Below are positions 48,435-57,311 of a stretch of DNA of 64,000 nucleotides, one piece after another (positions within the stretch are counted from its first letter, which is position 1; the number at the start of each line of letters is the position of its first letter). Source of the stretch: a virus (Duplodnaviria > Heunggongvirae > Uroviricota > Caudoviricetes); IMG/VR virus record IMGVR_UViG_3300037424_001372, positions 204,837-268,836 of that record; one strand, 5' to 3'. The notes under the pieces are model-generated. The model made no database searches. It was not told where the DNA came from and was given only the letters and a program-made list of their open reading frames with translations. Both the position numbers and the translations under genes were made by a program.

Positions 48435-48985
48435 TTAATTGTTTTCATTATTAACTATCCAACGATTAAGATGTTGAGCTTCGATTTGAGGCGTAAAATC
48501 AGCATCGCCCATATCTGAAACAGGTATTTCAAAAAATATTGTTTTATATATGATTATTGGTTCAGATTCAACACTAATTTTAGCATCATAATAAGCAACA
48601 CCTTTTCTTATACATAATAATTCTGCTATTGGTTTTTGTTTGTAAAGCAATTTTTTAATTTCAGTTGTTGTCATAATTAATTTGATTTTTTGTTTGTTAA
48701 CATCATTATAAATTGCTGATTTCTTATCAGCACTATATAATATCAAAGTAATTTCATCACTTTGAGTATAACCTATCACAGCATTGGTCTCTTCTACCAA
48801 AAATTTGGTGGTTTCATCATCAAATCGCTCAAATTTTCATCAAACGGACGATTTAAGCCCTTTACATATTGAGAGAAATTGCCGCCATCAAGTCTAATAA
48901 TAACAGGAAGAGTCGGAATCATTACATCTGGTGAAAAGTTTTTTTCTAAAAATTTACACCAACCTCCAAGATTTTTAAATTCCAT
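48435..48985 (-). pseudogene. Thg1-like protein (tRNA-His guanylyltransferase family), split by a frameshift near 48795..48805
   Basis: Upstream ORF has PVIIRLDGGNFSQYVKGLNRPFDENLSDLMMK (Thg1 VVRIDG.NFH.F....F.KP.D motif). Downstream ORF continues with AVIGYTQSDEITLIL (Thg1 IAYGVSDEYSFVF). Confidence 0.55.
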
Positions 48986-49301
48986 AATTTAATTTAATTT
49001 TTAAAATACTATTTTCAATATCATCTAACACAATTTCGCAGTTATTGTAATTTAATTTACTAATATCAAAATAATCAACATCAGCATTACGATACCTTGC
49101 TTTAATTAATATTTCATTAACATAAACTTCAGTATATTTCATTATTTTCTTGTAATACGATTCTTTTGTTGTATGTTTTGGATTACGAATATTCCAAGCA
49201 TCTAACATTGATTTCATGTCAGTAATATTTCCTAATTCAATTACATTTTCAAGAATAATATTCCCAAAATTAATCATATCAGATTCATCATATGTTCTCA
49301 T
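48975..49301 (-). CDS. hypothetical protein
   Basis: 108-aa ORF. Confidence 0.45.
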   Translation of the reverse strand: MRTYDESDMINFGNIILENVIELGNITDMKSMLDAWNIRNPKHTTKESYYKKIMKYTEVYVNEILIKARYRNADVDYFDISKLNYNNCEIVLDDIENSILKIKLNYGI

Positions 49302-49302
49302 A

Positions 49303-49506
49303 TTATTTATTTTTTCCTAAAATATTAAAAATATCTTTAAAATCACCAAGTAAATCACTAAATAAATCATCATTTTTTATTTCTTCAACTTTATGAAAAA
49401 TAATTCGTTTCTCAATCTGTTCATTAGCTTCCTTTTCAGATTTAGCAAGAACAGTTGTTTTCATTTTTCTTCCATAAAATTCAAAAAGTATTTGATATTT
49501 TTTCAT
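49303..49506 (-). CDS. hypothetical protein (start taken at internal ATG; the annotated upstream extension is IS-remnant derived)
   Basis: MKKYQILFEFYGRK... The track ORF start at 49542 is a TTG inside the IS right-end remnant. Confidence 0.35.
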   Translation of the reverse strand: MKKYQILFEFYGRKMKTTVLAKSEKEANEQIEKRIIFHKVEEIKNDDLFSDLLGDFKDIFNILGKNK

Positions 49507-49528
49507 TTTATTCAAATTTACTTTGACA

Positions 49529-49590
49529 GTATCTAAAGACAAAATTAGATTACGATTTTAATAATTGATGGGATTGCTTTTTTTTAAGCG
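49529..49590 (-). mobile_element. degenerate A-type IS right-end remnant with internal deletions
   Basis: GTATCTAAAGACAAAATTAGATTACGATTTTAATAATTGATGGGATTGCTTTT aligns to 44129..44250 with two gaps. Confidence 0.55.
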
Positions 49591-49650
49591 ATGTTTTTTT
49601 TTTAATTATAAGAAAAATTTAAATTATTTTATTATAATTTATTAGTTTTA

Positions 49651-50205
49651 TCACTTCTTTTCAAATGGATCAACACCATCATTTTCCTCACCAGTTTCAA
49701 AAGCTTCTTTAGTTTTAGCACTTGTCACAAGTTTAATTTCCAAATCAGGTTTATTACCAAGAACCAAACTATTAGGAAAAGTAACTTTCATCGATTTAAG
49801 TTCCCTATCAATATCAATTAGTTTCTTTTGTTCCATAGTAAACTCGTTACGACTACCTTCAATAGTATTCATTACGGTTTTAAATAAACTTGCATCAAAC
49901 TCGGGATTTGATTCTGTAATCCATTTCATAAGAGTTTCTTTACCTGCACCAGCATCGTTTTTATAACGAGCATCCATGATTTCAACATAAACCTCTTTAA
50001 AACTTGATTTATATTCGGCAGCAACACCTGCTTGTCCTGAAATTTTCTTCCAAGTGTTATCAAACACTATTTCAGAATTTTTCTGAGCAGCACGACCTGT
50101 TTCAAGTTTCACATTATAGGTGTTTGAAAGACCTATTGCCCAAAAAGCAATAATTGCACCCAAAATACCAATACTAATTAAAGTAATAATTGTACCTTTA
50201 CCCAT
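49651..50205 (-). CDS. LemA-like membrane protein
   Basis: N-terminal TM followed by a LemA-like region with conserved R...ARY segment. Confidence 0.35.
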   Translation of the reverse strand: MGKGTIITLISIGILGAIIAFWAIGLSNTYNVKLETGRAAQKNSEIVFDNTWKKISGQAGVAAEYKSSFKEVYVEIMDARYKNDAGAGKETLMKWITESNPEFDASLFKTVMNTIEGSRNEFTMEQKKLIDIDRELKSMKVTFPNSLVLGNKPDLEIKLVTSAKTKEAFETGEENDGVDPFEKK

Positions 50206-50282
50206 TTTTTTAAATTTTATTTATTTAATTTTAAATTAATACGACAAATATATAAAATTGTTACAATGTCTTACTAAGATAG

Positions 50283-50468
50283 TCAACATTTTTTTTCAGT
50301 ATTATTCATTTCAATTTTTATCAAATCCAATAATGATTTCTTTAAATAAAATTCATTATCTTCATCAAAATATTGTTTGAGCATTACAACTAAATTCATA
50401 GGTGATGAGAGTTTATTACGAATATCGGCCCCAATCTCACCACCATCAAACACATTTAATTCAATCAT
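50283..50468 (-). CDS. hypothetical protein
   Basis: 61-aa ORF. Confidence 0.3.
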   Translation of the reverse strand: MIELNVFDGGEIGADIRNKLSSPMNLVVMLKQYFDEDNEFYLKKSLLDLIKIEMNNTEKKC

Positions 50469-50494
50469 TTCGATATTCGATATTTTTTTTATTA

Positions 50495-51409
50495 TTAATT
50501 AATACGATTACATAAAATACTAACTATGTTTTTATTCTCCCAATATGGAATTTTTAGTAAAGTAATCTCGTGCAATTTACAATATTTATTCTTAATATTA
50601 TCACATTTTTTCTGTGTTTTTAATATGTTTTCATTTGATATGCCTTTTAATACCTTATAATGATATTCACCTTGATATTCGATACACATATTAATATCGG
50701 GCAAATAAAAATCAAAACGTAGATTTTTAATGTTTTTACAATCATTAAACGAATGCTCATAAATGTAATTAATATTGTTATTCTCTAAATAACACTTAAT
50801 AGCATATTCACCTTTAGACATCTTACAATTAGGACATGGAGCATTTCGTTGATTTCGATAATGAACAGATTTTTCCCATTCATGACCACAAGTATTACAA
50901 AGCCACCAAAATTTTTTAGTTGTGTTCGATTGAATGTTTTCAGGACGTATAGGATAATTTCTATCGTAATTCCATTGTTTTGCAATATCTGGATTAATTA
51001 TTAGTGAATTATTGGCTTCATTAACCTTTCTTCCTGAACAATGTGGACAATCAAATAAATTTTTATTAGTAGTATTCCAAGACCTATCAAAAGTATAATT
51101 ACATAATAAACATTGCCATTTTAAATTACCTATCGAATTTTTATATATGTTACTAACTAATTGATACGATTTATTGTTCAATTTACACCAAAGTTTTATA
51201 TTATCAATGGTGTGTGAATTATTTTGACTAAAATAAATTGGCTTAGTGCTTCTAAGAATATTATTTATTCGAGTATTAATATGATATCCGTCAGAATTAG
51301 AAATGGTTATTTTTCCTTCATTGCCAATTGATTCAATACTAATCAAATTATAGCCCAACTGATTAACAACTTCAATAATCTTTTCCTTAGTATATTTATA
51401 TTGTTTCAT
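50495..51409 (-). CDS. tandem treble-clef Zn-ribbon protein with C-terminal DUF559/Vsr-like PD-(D/E)xK nuclease domain
   Basis: Repeated W.C..C...W....R.....CP.C units (WQCLLCNYTF...CPHC; WWLCNTCGHEW...CPNC). C-terminal FDFYLPD...CIEYQGEYH. Confidence 0.45.
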   Translation of the reverse strand: MKQYKYTKEKIIEVVNQLGYNLISIESIGNEGKITISNSDGYHINTRINNILRSTKPIYFSQNNSHTIDNIKLWCKLNNKSYQLVSNIYKNSIGNLKWQCLLCNYTFDRSWNTTNKNLFDCPHCSGRKVNEANNSLIINPDIAKQWNYDRNYPIRPENIQSNTTKKFWWLCNTCGHEWEKSVHYRNQRNAPCPNCKMSKGEYAIKCYLENNNINYIYEHSFNDCKNIKNLRFDFYLPDINMCIEYQGEYHYKVLKGISNENILKTQKKCDNIKNKYCKLHEITLLKIPYWENKNIVSILCNRIN

Positions 51410-51564
51410 TTTAATATGATTTGATTAAAATACTCTTGAAGTAACCAGTTAATTAGTTTAGATTTGTTTATATGTAAATCATTAAGTTGTTTATTAATAT
51501 CAGGATTGATGGTAATGGAAAATTTTATTTTCTTGTCTTCGAGATTCATAGTTTTTCTTGCCAT
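51406..51564 (-). CDS. ribbon-helix-helix (CopG-like) small DNA-binding protein
   Basis: MARKTMNLEDKKIKFSITINPDINKQLNDLHINKSKLINWLLQEYFNQIILK. Its stop overlaps the start of the nuclease gene (ATGA). Confidence 0.45.
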   Translation of the reverse strand: MARKTMNLEDKKIKFSITINPDINKQLNDLHINKSKLINWLLQEYFNQIILK

Positions 51565-51610
51565 AGTACTTGGTTTAACATAAATACTAAGAAAAAATGG
51601 AAAAGTATGA

Positions 51611-51775
51611 TTAATCCGACTTTTTGATCAATTTTTTTATATCTTTTTTATCTAACTTTATCCACTTATCTAATAATGAATTAATTAACTTAGACTTATT
51701 ATATTTCCCCTCCTCAAGTTTATCGTTAATTTCTTTATCGATAGATAGACCAATTTTTGTTTTGTTCTTGCTCAT
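51611..51775 (-). CDS. ribbon-helix-helix (CopG-like) small DNA-binding protein, paralog
   Basis: MSKNKTKIGLSIDKEINDKLEEGKYNKSKLINSLLDKWIKLDKKDIKKLIKKSD. Confidence 0.45.
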   Translation of the reverse strand: MSKNKTKIGLSIDKEINDKLEEGKYNKSKLINSLLDKWIKLDKKDIKKLIKKSD

Positions 51776-51808
51776 AATATAATTTTAATTTACACAAAAA
51801 TATATTTT

Positions 51809-52978
51809 CTATACATTTTCATTTGAAAATCCAAATCCTTTATCTGAATAAACTGGTAATACATCAGATATGTCACAATATTCACCAAATTCTTCATAAC
51901 TTACATTAGCAACACTATCTCCAATTGTAACTGGAATTTTTTCAGGAACTTGATCTAGGCATGTTACTACCAAATGTTTGTTATTAAACAAGTCAGGATT
52001 GTCAAACCTATCACAATTAATAGCATATTTTAGCATATCCAAATCCATCATTGCTTTTCTGAATTCACCTTGAAATCCCAATACATTGGTTTCTAAAGGA
52101 TTTTCTTTAATAAAAGATATATCCATACTTTCATTGCTCAAGAACCCATTACCATGACGAGTTTGATATGCTCTTGTGATGTAATATGTATTAATATTGG
52201 AAATAACACCTTTCAAATTATACTTATCAATGAGTTCGATAGCGTTTTTTGCTACGGTGTTACTTCGAGTAACGTGTGGAAAAAAACCATAATCTTTATC
52301 CAACATAATACCTTGACTACCCTCAAAAATAATGTTATTAAAACCCTTAACAACACTAAAATCATCAACAATTTGATATTTTTTCACCAAATCATCACAA
52401 GCAGTGATAAATTTATGATAAAGTTCATCAGTAATTTTATATTTTGCTTCAAATGGGTTTTTTGGATTGTATGCATGTTGATAATAACTGTTGATTATTA
52501 ATCTTAATTTTTCATTTCTAATTTTAGGATATAACAAATCTCTTGCAAACAAACGAAAATGGTCTTCGTTTCGTTGAATTGTAGTACCAAATCCTACACC
52601 AACACTACCATGTTTAGTAGTATCATCCAATATTCTATTTTTTAGAATATCAAATGGAGTGGTTATCATAGCATTTGAATTAATGAACAATTGAGGTTCA
52701 AAACCAGTAATCCTTAAAATATCGCCCTCACGTTGAATACCAACAGGGTCTAATGTGCAATATTCAGACCAATAAGTTGGAGCATTTTGAAGTGTTCCTG
52801 AACCAAAATTTGAAAATATGTGTCTAGTATCGTCAACAACAACAGTATGTCCGATTTGGTGACCACCACTGAATCTAACTACCAATGGATTGTCTCGTGT
52901 TGAACATAAATAATTGACAAATGAACCCTTACCCTCATCACCGTATAATGCACCGAGTATTATAAAAGCATTTCCCAT
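51809..52978 (-). CDS. adenylosuccinate synthetase (PurA)-family protein, short divergent form (PurZ-like candidate)
   Basis: GDEGKGS P-loop, GGHQIGHT and FEGSQG motifs. 389 aa. The Arg-rich TTGRRRR loop is replaced by GFQGEFRK. Confidence 0.7.
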   Translation of the reverse strand: MGNAFIILGALYGDEGKGSFVNYLCSTRDNPLVVRFSGGHQIGHTVVVDDTRHIFSNFGSGTLQNAPTYWSEYCTLDPVGIQREGDILRITGFEPQLFINSNAMITTPFDILKNRILDDTTKHGSVGVGFGTTIQRNEDHFRLFARDLLYPKIRNEKLRLIINSYYQHAYNPKNPFEAKYKITDELYHKFITACDDLVKKYQIVDDFSVVKGFNNIIFEGSQGIMLDKDYGFFPHVTRSNTVAKNAIELIDKYNLKGVISNINTYYITRAYQTRHGNGFLSNESMDISFIKENPLETNVLGFQGEFRKAMMDLDMLKYAINCDRFDNPDLFNNKHLVVTCLDQVPEKIPVTIGDSVANVSYEEFGEYCDISDVLPVYSDKGFGFSNENV

Positions 52979-53021
52979 ATATTTTTTTAATAAATTTACG
53001 AAAAAAAATAAACTTTGTTAC

Positions 53022-53058
53022 AAAAAAAAAGTGAGTTAAGCAATTAACTCACTTTTTA
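53022..53058 (-). terminator. rho-independent terminator
   Basis: AAAAAGTGAGTTAA-gcaa-TTAACTCACTTTTT. Confidence 0.6.
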
Positions 53059-53075
53059 GAAAACATGTTAGATTA

Positions 53076-53996
53076 TTACAATTTGATGATACCGTGGTCA
53101 TTAACTGATACGATTTCACCTTTGACTACAGTTGCCAAAGCAGTTGTCACAGCACTAGCAATTTTAGAATCAAATTTGCTTGTTACTTTAGCCATATCAA
53201 CACCATGTTGCACAGCAATCAATGTTGCAATGGTAGCACAAATAGCATGATAATCTTCAAGAACAATCAATCTTTCACCAAGCATTTTCTTCCAATAACC
53301 CAAAACTTGAGGGTCATTACGGTAACTTGCCTCATTTACGTGGATATGGTACACGTTATAAAGTCTTTGTGCTTCTTCAAGTAATTGGAAATCACTAACA
53401 TCTTCTGCTTGTGAATAACCTAATATGTCTTTCAAAGAATCTGCATCGACTTTATCCCAAGACATTTCATCACCAATAGTAATTAAAAAACCTTTTTGAT
53501 TACGTTTTTCAAAACAATCGATAGAAGTATGTCTACCACCAATAAGCCAAGCCAATAAGTAACTTTCCATTTTGTTACCGCCGCCACCGCTTTGAATCGA
53601 TACACTTGTTAACCATTTGTCCAATTCCTCGGTACCGCTTTCAAATTGACCTATTTGAAGAGGTGTCCTGATATAACGGTGGTCATTAATTGCACCGAAA
53701 AGAATTTGTGGATGAAGTACACCATTATCAATAATAGTGTTCATTAAAGTAGGAAGTTCGTTTTTAACAATATCTTCTGGAATTCGACCCATACTACCAG
53801 TATCATCCAAGAAAATCGCTACGGCAAGTGATTCAGGATGTGCATCACTATCACGAGATTCTCTTACTGTAATACCAACTGGGAGCATGTCTTTCTTAGC
53901 TGTTTTAGAAAAAATCTTATCAGCACTTTTTGTTGCATAACTTTTACTTGAACTCAAGGAAGCATATGTATCATCAGACCAACCACTATAACCCAT
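53076..53996 (-). CDS. von Willebrand factor A (vWA) domain protein
   Basis: MIDAS motif in VAIFLDDTGSMG (D-x-T-x-S) and vWA-like alpha/beta core. Confidence 0.6.
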   Translation of the reverse strand: MGYSGWSDDTYASLSSSKSYATKSADKIFSKTAKKDMLPVGITVRESRDSDAHPESLAVAIFLDDTGSMGRIPEDIVKNELPTLMNTIIDNGVLHPQILFGAINDHRYIRTPLQIGQFESGTEELDKWLTSVSIQSGGGGNKMESYLLAWLIGGRHTSIDCFEKRNQKGFLITIGDEMSWDKVDADSLKDILGYSQAEDVSDFQLLEEAQRLYNVYHIHVNEASYRNDPQVLGYWKKMLGERLIVLEDYHAICATIATLIAVQHGVDMAKVTSKFDSKIASAVTTALATVVKGEIVSVNDHGIIKL

Positions 53997-54001
53997 AATA
54001 A

Positions 54002-54157
54002 TTAGGCTTTAGCTGTTTCGTCACAAGTACAATCGTCACATTGTTCATCGCAACAATTTTCGGTTATTTCAGTTACTTCAGTTGCTGGTGCAACCGGTGC
54101 ACTCATTTCGCTTTCCATGTCTTCGAAAGACTTAGCATTTGTGTTGTTCATTCCCAT
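54002..54157 (-). CDS. small acidic Cys-rich peptide (51 aa) upstream of the vWA gene
   Basis: MGMNNTNAKSFEDMESEMSAPVAPATEVTEITENCCDEQCDDCTCDETAKA. Not in the ORF track because it is under 60 aa. Confidence 0.4.
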   Translation of the reverse strand: MGMNNTNAKSFEDMESEMSAPVAPATEVTEITENCCDEQCDDCTCDETAKA

Positions 54158-54234
54158 AATAATAAAAATTTAAGTTTTAATAATAAAAATATGTATTCTT
54201 CGAGATACAATGTTACGAAACTAATTTTGATTTG

Positions 54235-54630
54235 TTACAACCTTTTAAAAATTTCTTCAATTCCTTTTTTTATTGCAATTTCTTGTGCTTTATAATATGT
54301 ATCATATTCTTCATCTAAGAAATCGCCATTACAATGTGGTATATAACAATCAATTTCAGATAAACCAATGGCTTTATTAATAAATAAAGGTATTGCCCTA
54401 ACTACAATATTATGATTATCCCTTAACCAATCAATTGCTTGTTGCCAAGTTTGAGCAAGTATTGATAATTCATCTTGCCTAATTGATTTTTTAATATATA
54501 ACGAACCTTCAGTTAAATCATATTTCCATCCTTCTGATGAGATATAATGCCCCAAACATTCCTCATTAAAACCCAATTCTTTTAATGCTTTGGCAATTTC
54601 ATAATTAACAAATTGTTTTTGTGTTTTCAT
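54235..54630 (-). CDS. hypothetical protein
   Basis: 131-aa ORF. Confidence 0.45.
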   Translation of the reverse strand: MKTQKQFVNYEIAKALKELGFNEECLGHYISSEGWKYDLTEGSLYIKKSIRQDELSILAQTWQQAIDWLRDNHNIVVRAIPLFINKAIGLSEIDCYIPHCNGDFLDEEYDTYYKAQEIAIKKGIEEIFKRL

Positions 54631-55511
54631 ATATCTAACGTATAAAATTTCTTCTCAAAATTTTTCTTTAACAATGCACGATATTTTTCATAATCACCAA
54701 ACTCATTCTGATGTTTAGTTAATAAGAACGTTAACATTTCTTGATTAACATCCTTATCTCTTTTCAACGCAGTTCCGCCAGCAGATTTATCACCCAACAA
54801 ATATATTGCAATTTTCTTACATAATTCTAAATCAATATCAGGTGTTGCAATTTTTTGACTAAATAATGTGGTTGGATACCACATTTTATATTTTGCACTG
54901 ATTGTTGTTGCTTTTTCATCCAATGGTGTCATGTGATAAAATGACGTAATAATAATACCGTGGGTTTCAGGAACAACAAAAACTGTTGTGGGATTCATAC
55001 CTATATGAGAATAACCAAGATTTCTAAACCACAACGATACTTCCATCATTCTGCTCATTATCCAATTAACATGTTCTTGTGGCAATTTCAAACCAGTTAA
55101 AGGTATTGAACTGTCTTTAAACTCAACAATTAATAAATCGTTATTAATTTTCATGCTTTCAGGCAAATATTTATGAAAATTAATTGATGTACCATCTTTT
55201 TTAGATTTCAATATTTTGAAATTCTCAAATGATTTCCTAATTAATTCCCTATTAGTATCAGTAATATTAAACACAATTTTTTTATCGAAGACTTTAAAAT
55301 CACCTGATTCGTCAGTTAACACAGTACCGTTTTCAATTAAATCCTTATATTGATTAATCCTTGACATTGCCTCAGCAGCTTTAGGATTTGAATTATAGTC
55401 AGGATGTAATATTTTTGAATAATTAATATAAGTCTTTTTCCAATTATCTTGGAAAATATCTGATGGTTTTTTTGAATTGAGAACATTATCTATTAATTGA
55501 ATATCTGTCAT
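54627..55511 (-). CDS. hypothetical protein with possible N-terminal J-domain
   Basis: YSKILHPDYNSNPKAAEAMSRINQYKDLI contains an HPD tripeptide in a J-domain-like context. Confidence 0.35.
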   Translation of the reverse strand: MTDIQLIDNVLNSKKPSDIFQDNWKKTYINYSKILHPDYNSNPKAAEAMSRINQYKDLIENGTVLTDESGDFKVFDKKIVFNITDTNRELIRKSFENFKILKSKKDGTSINFHKYLPESMKINNDLLIVEFKDSSIPLTGLKLPQEHVNWIMSRMMEVSLWFRNLGYSHIGMNPTTVFVVPETHGIIITSFYHMTPLDEKATTISAKYKMWYPTTLFSQKIATPDIDLELCKKIAIYLLGDKSAGGTALKRDKDVNQEMLTFLLTKHQNEFGDYEKYRALLKKNFEKKFYTLDI

Positions 55512-55739
55512 TGTATTTAAAATGTTTTATGTGTTAAAAATCTTTTTATGTTATAATAAGTAGTATAAACATACTTGCTGACGTTATACAACATAATAAC
55601 TATTATTCCACTTTCGATTTTCTATATAGGTATGTTGGATTTCCTAATAATTTCATTAATGTATTACATCATTTTTTTAACATATTTAATGTGTTTTAAC
55701 ATATTCTCTTATACAATAACTTGACAGTTAAGTAGTCAG

Positions 55740-56147
55740 TTATTGACAATACTGAAACATTGCACTATAAAAAGTCTGTGCCATAATTTCAAATTGTTCC
55801 AACGTAATGTTCTTACTAACAGTTAAATCAATTCTTCCATCAATATCAATAAACATACATTCAAATTGAACTCCAATTCGTTCAGCGATATTAAATTGAT
55901 TTTGATATTTTCTAAAATCATAGAAAAATAAACCAACTTGATAGGCCTTGTTTTCATTTATGTCAAATGATTTCCAATATGCAAAATCTTCATTTTTAAA
56001 ATTTTGATTATATTTCCAATATCCTAATTCTTTTAATGAAGCTTCCGTTTTTTCCAACCATTCATCCCAAGAAGTGCAGCCACTAACCTTAGCTATAAGT
56101 AAGGGCGGGTTTATCGGTAATTGTTGTGTGGTATCTTTTATTGTCAT
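55740..56147 (-). CDS. hypothetical protein
   Basis: 135-aa ORF. Confidence 0.45.
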   Translation of the reverse strand: MTIKDTTQQLPINPPLLIAKVSGCTSWDEWLEKTEASLKELGYWKYNQNFKNEDFAYWKSFDINENKAYQVGLFFYDFRKYQNQFNIAERIGVQFECMFIDIDGRIDLTVSKNITLEQFEIMAQTFYSAMFQYCQ

Positions 56148-56249
56148 TTATGTTAAATTTAATGTAAATTGTTTTAAACCACTTATAGTGGAAAGACTAT
56201 TGCATATAAATTAAATACATTTTTTTACTATCAATAGTTATCATTCTGT

Positions 56250-56699
56250 TTAAAAAGCCTTGCCGTGCTTATGTGGTCGGAGAGAATTATATCTTATTTT
56301 TGCTTTAATATGACTTTCAATGTCAATTTCTTTGAAAGCACATAATTCAAGAACTCGAATAATAACATCCGCAAGTTCATCTTCAAAAGTGTTTTTCACT
56401 CTCTTCTCAAATTGATTTTTAAAAAATTGATCATCGTTAAAAGTCGAACCATAATTTTTATCTGCCATTCCTTTGATAAACCACTTTTGTTCATCAATAC
56501 AATTTGAATAATAGCCATTAGTTCTTACTGCTTCCAGAGCCTCTGATACTTCTGAGTGAATAAGGCAAAGCATTTCACCTAAATTCTTTTCGTTGTCGAA
56601 AAAGCCTTTTGATTTAGCGTTTTCGTGAATTTGTTTCGATAATTCGTTTAGCATATCTATTTGATTTAAAAAGTAATTAGCCAAAACCTCCATACTCAA
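56250..56699 (-). CDS. MazG-like nucleotide pyrophosphohydrolase (dimeric all-alpha NTP-PPase)
   Basis: LCLIHSEVSEALEAVR and EDELADVIIRVLELCAFKEIDIE motifs. Confidence 0.55.
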   Translation of the reverse strand: MSMEVLANYFLNQIDMLNELSKQIHENAKSKGFFDNEKNLGEMLCLIHSEVSEALEAVRTNGYYSNCIDEQKWFIKGMADKNYGSTFNDDQFFKNQFEKRVKNTFEDELADVIIRVLELCAFKEIDIESHIKAKIRYNSLRPHKHGKAF

Positions 56700-57000
56700 C
56701 TTGTTTATTTAATTCTTTATGGCAAATTTTACATACAGTTATTATGATATATTCCGATCTATCTAAATATCCTCCTTCAATATATTCTTCTTTTTTAATT
56801 GTTTCATCATGTATGCAAATTTGTTTCAGTTCAGCCTTTTTTGTATTTATTTCATTTATTAACCTACCCAGTCTACGCTCTAAACGGTTGATGTGGTTGT
56901 GTAAAACCAATGCCTCACCATTTTCTTCGTTAATAAGTTTGTCTGTTTTAGTTTTAATATGTGTATTCATTTGATTATGTTCGTGTTGACAACATTTCAT
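56677..57000 (-). CDS. hypothetical Cys/His-containing protein
   Basis: 107-aa ORF. Confidence 0.4.
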   Translation of the reverse strand: MKCCQHEHNQMNTHIKTKTDKLINEENGEALVLHNHINRLERRLGRLINEINTKKAELKQICIHDETIKKEEYIEGGYLDRSEYIIITVCKICHKELNKQVEYGGFG

Positions 57001-57011
57001 ATCCTCAACAG

Positions 57012-57230
57012 TTAATGCAAATTTTCTTCAGTATCTTTAATGTAAACTTCCATAAAAAATTGAAGTTCTGCTCTACTAATATATTCAGGTAATCCCTTTT
57101 CAACCTTTTTATCTAAAAATTGATGTAGGACTTTCAAACTTTCTTTCATTCCTAATACAATTCCATCATTTACACATGAAAGTGCAAACGAAGTATTGGC
57201 GTTATTGTTATTCTCTAATGCGTTTTCCAT
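57012..57230 (-). CDS. hypothetical protein
   Basis: 72-aa ORF. Confidence 0.35.
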   Translation of the reverse strand: MENALENNNNANTSFALSCVNDGIVLGMKESLKVLHQFLDKKVEKGLPEYISRAELQFFMEVYIKDTEENLH

Positions 57231-57311
57231 AATTTTATATTAAATAAGTTCTTGTTCGATTGGATATAACGAACCTTTTGCACATCTATTTTATCTATGG
57301 GAGAAATCATT

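Noticed and set aside
54041-54295. Track ORF 54041..54295 (+, 84 aa)
   Set aside because: Low-complexity hydrophobic translation antisense to the Cys-rich peptide gene in an otherwise uniformly minus-strand block, so probably spurious.
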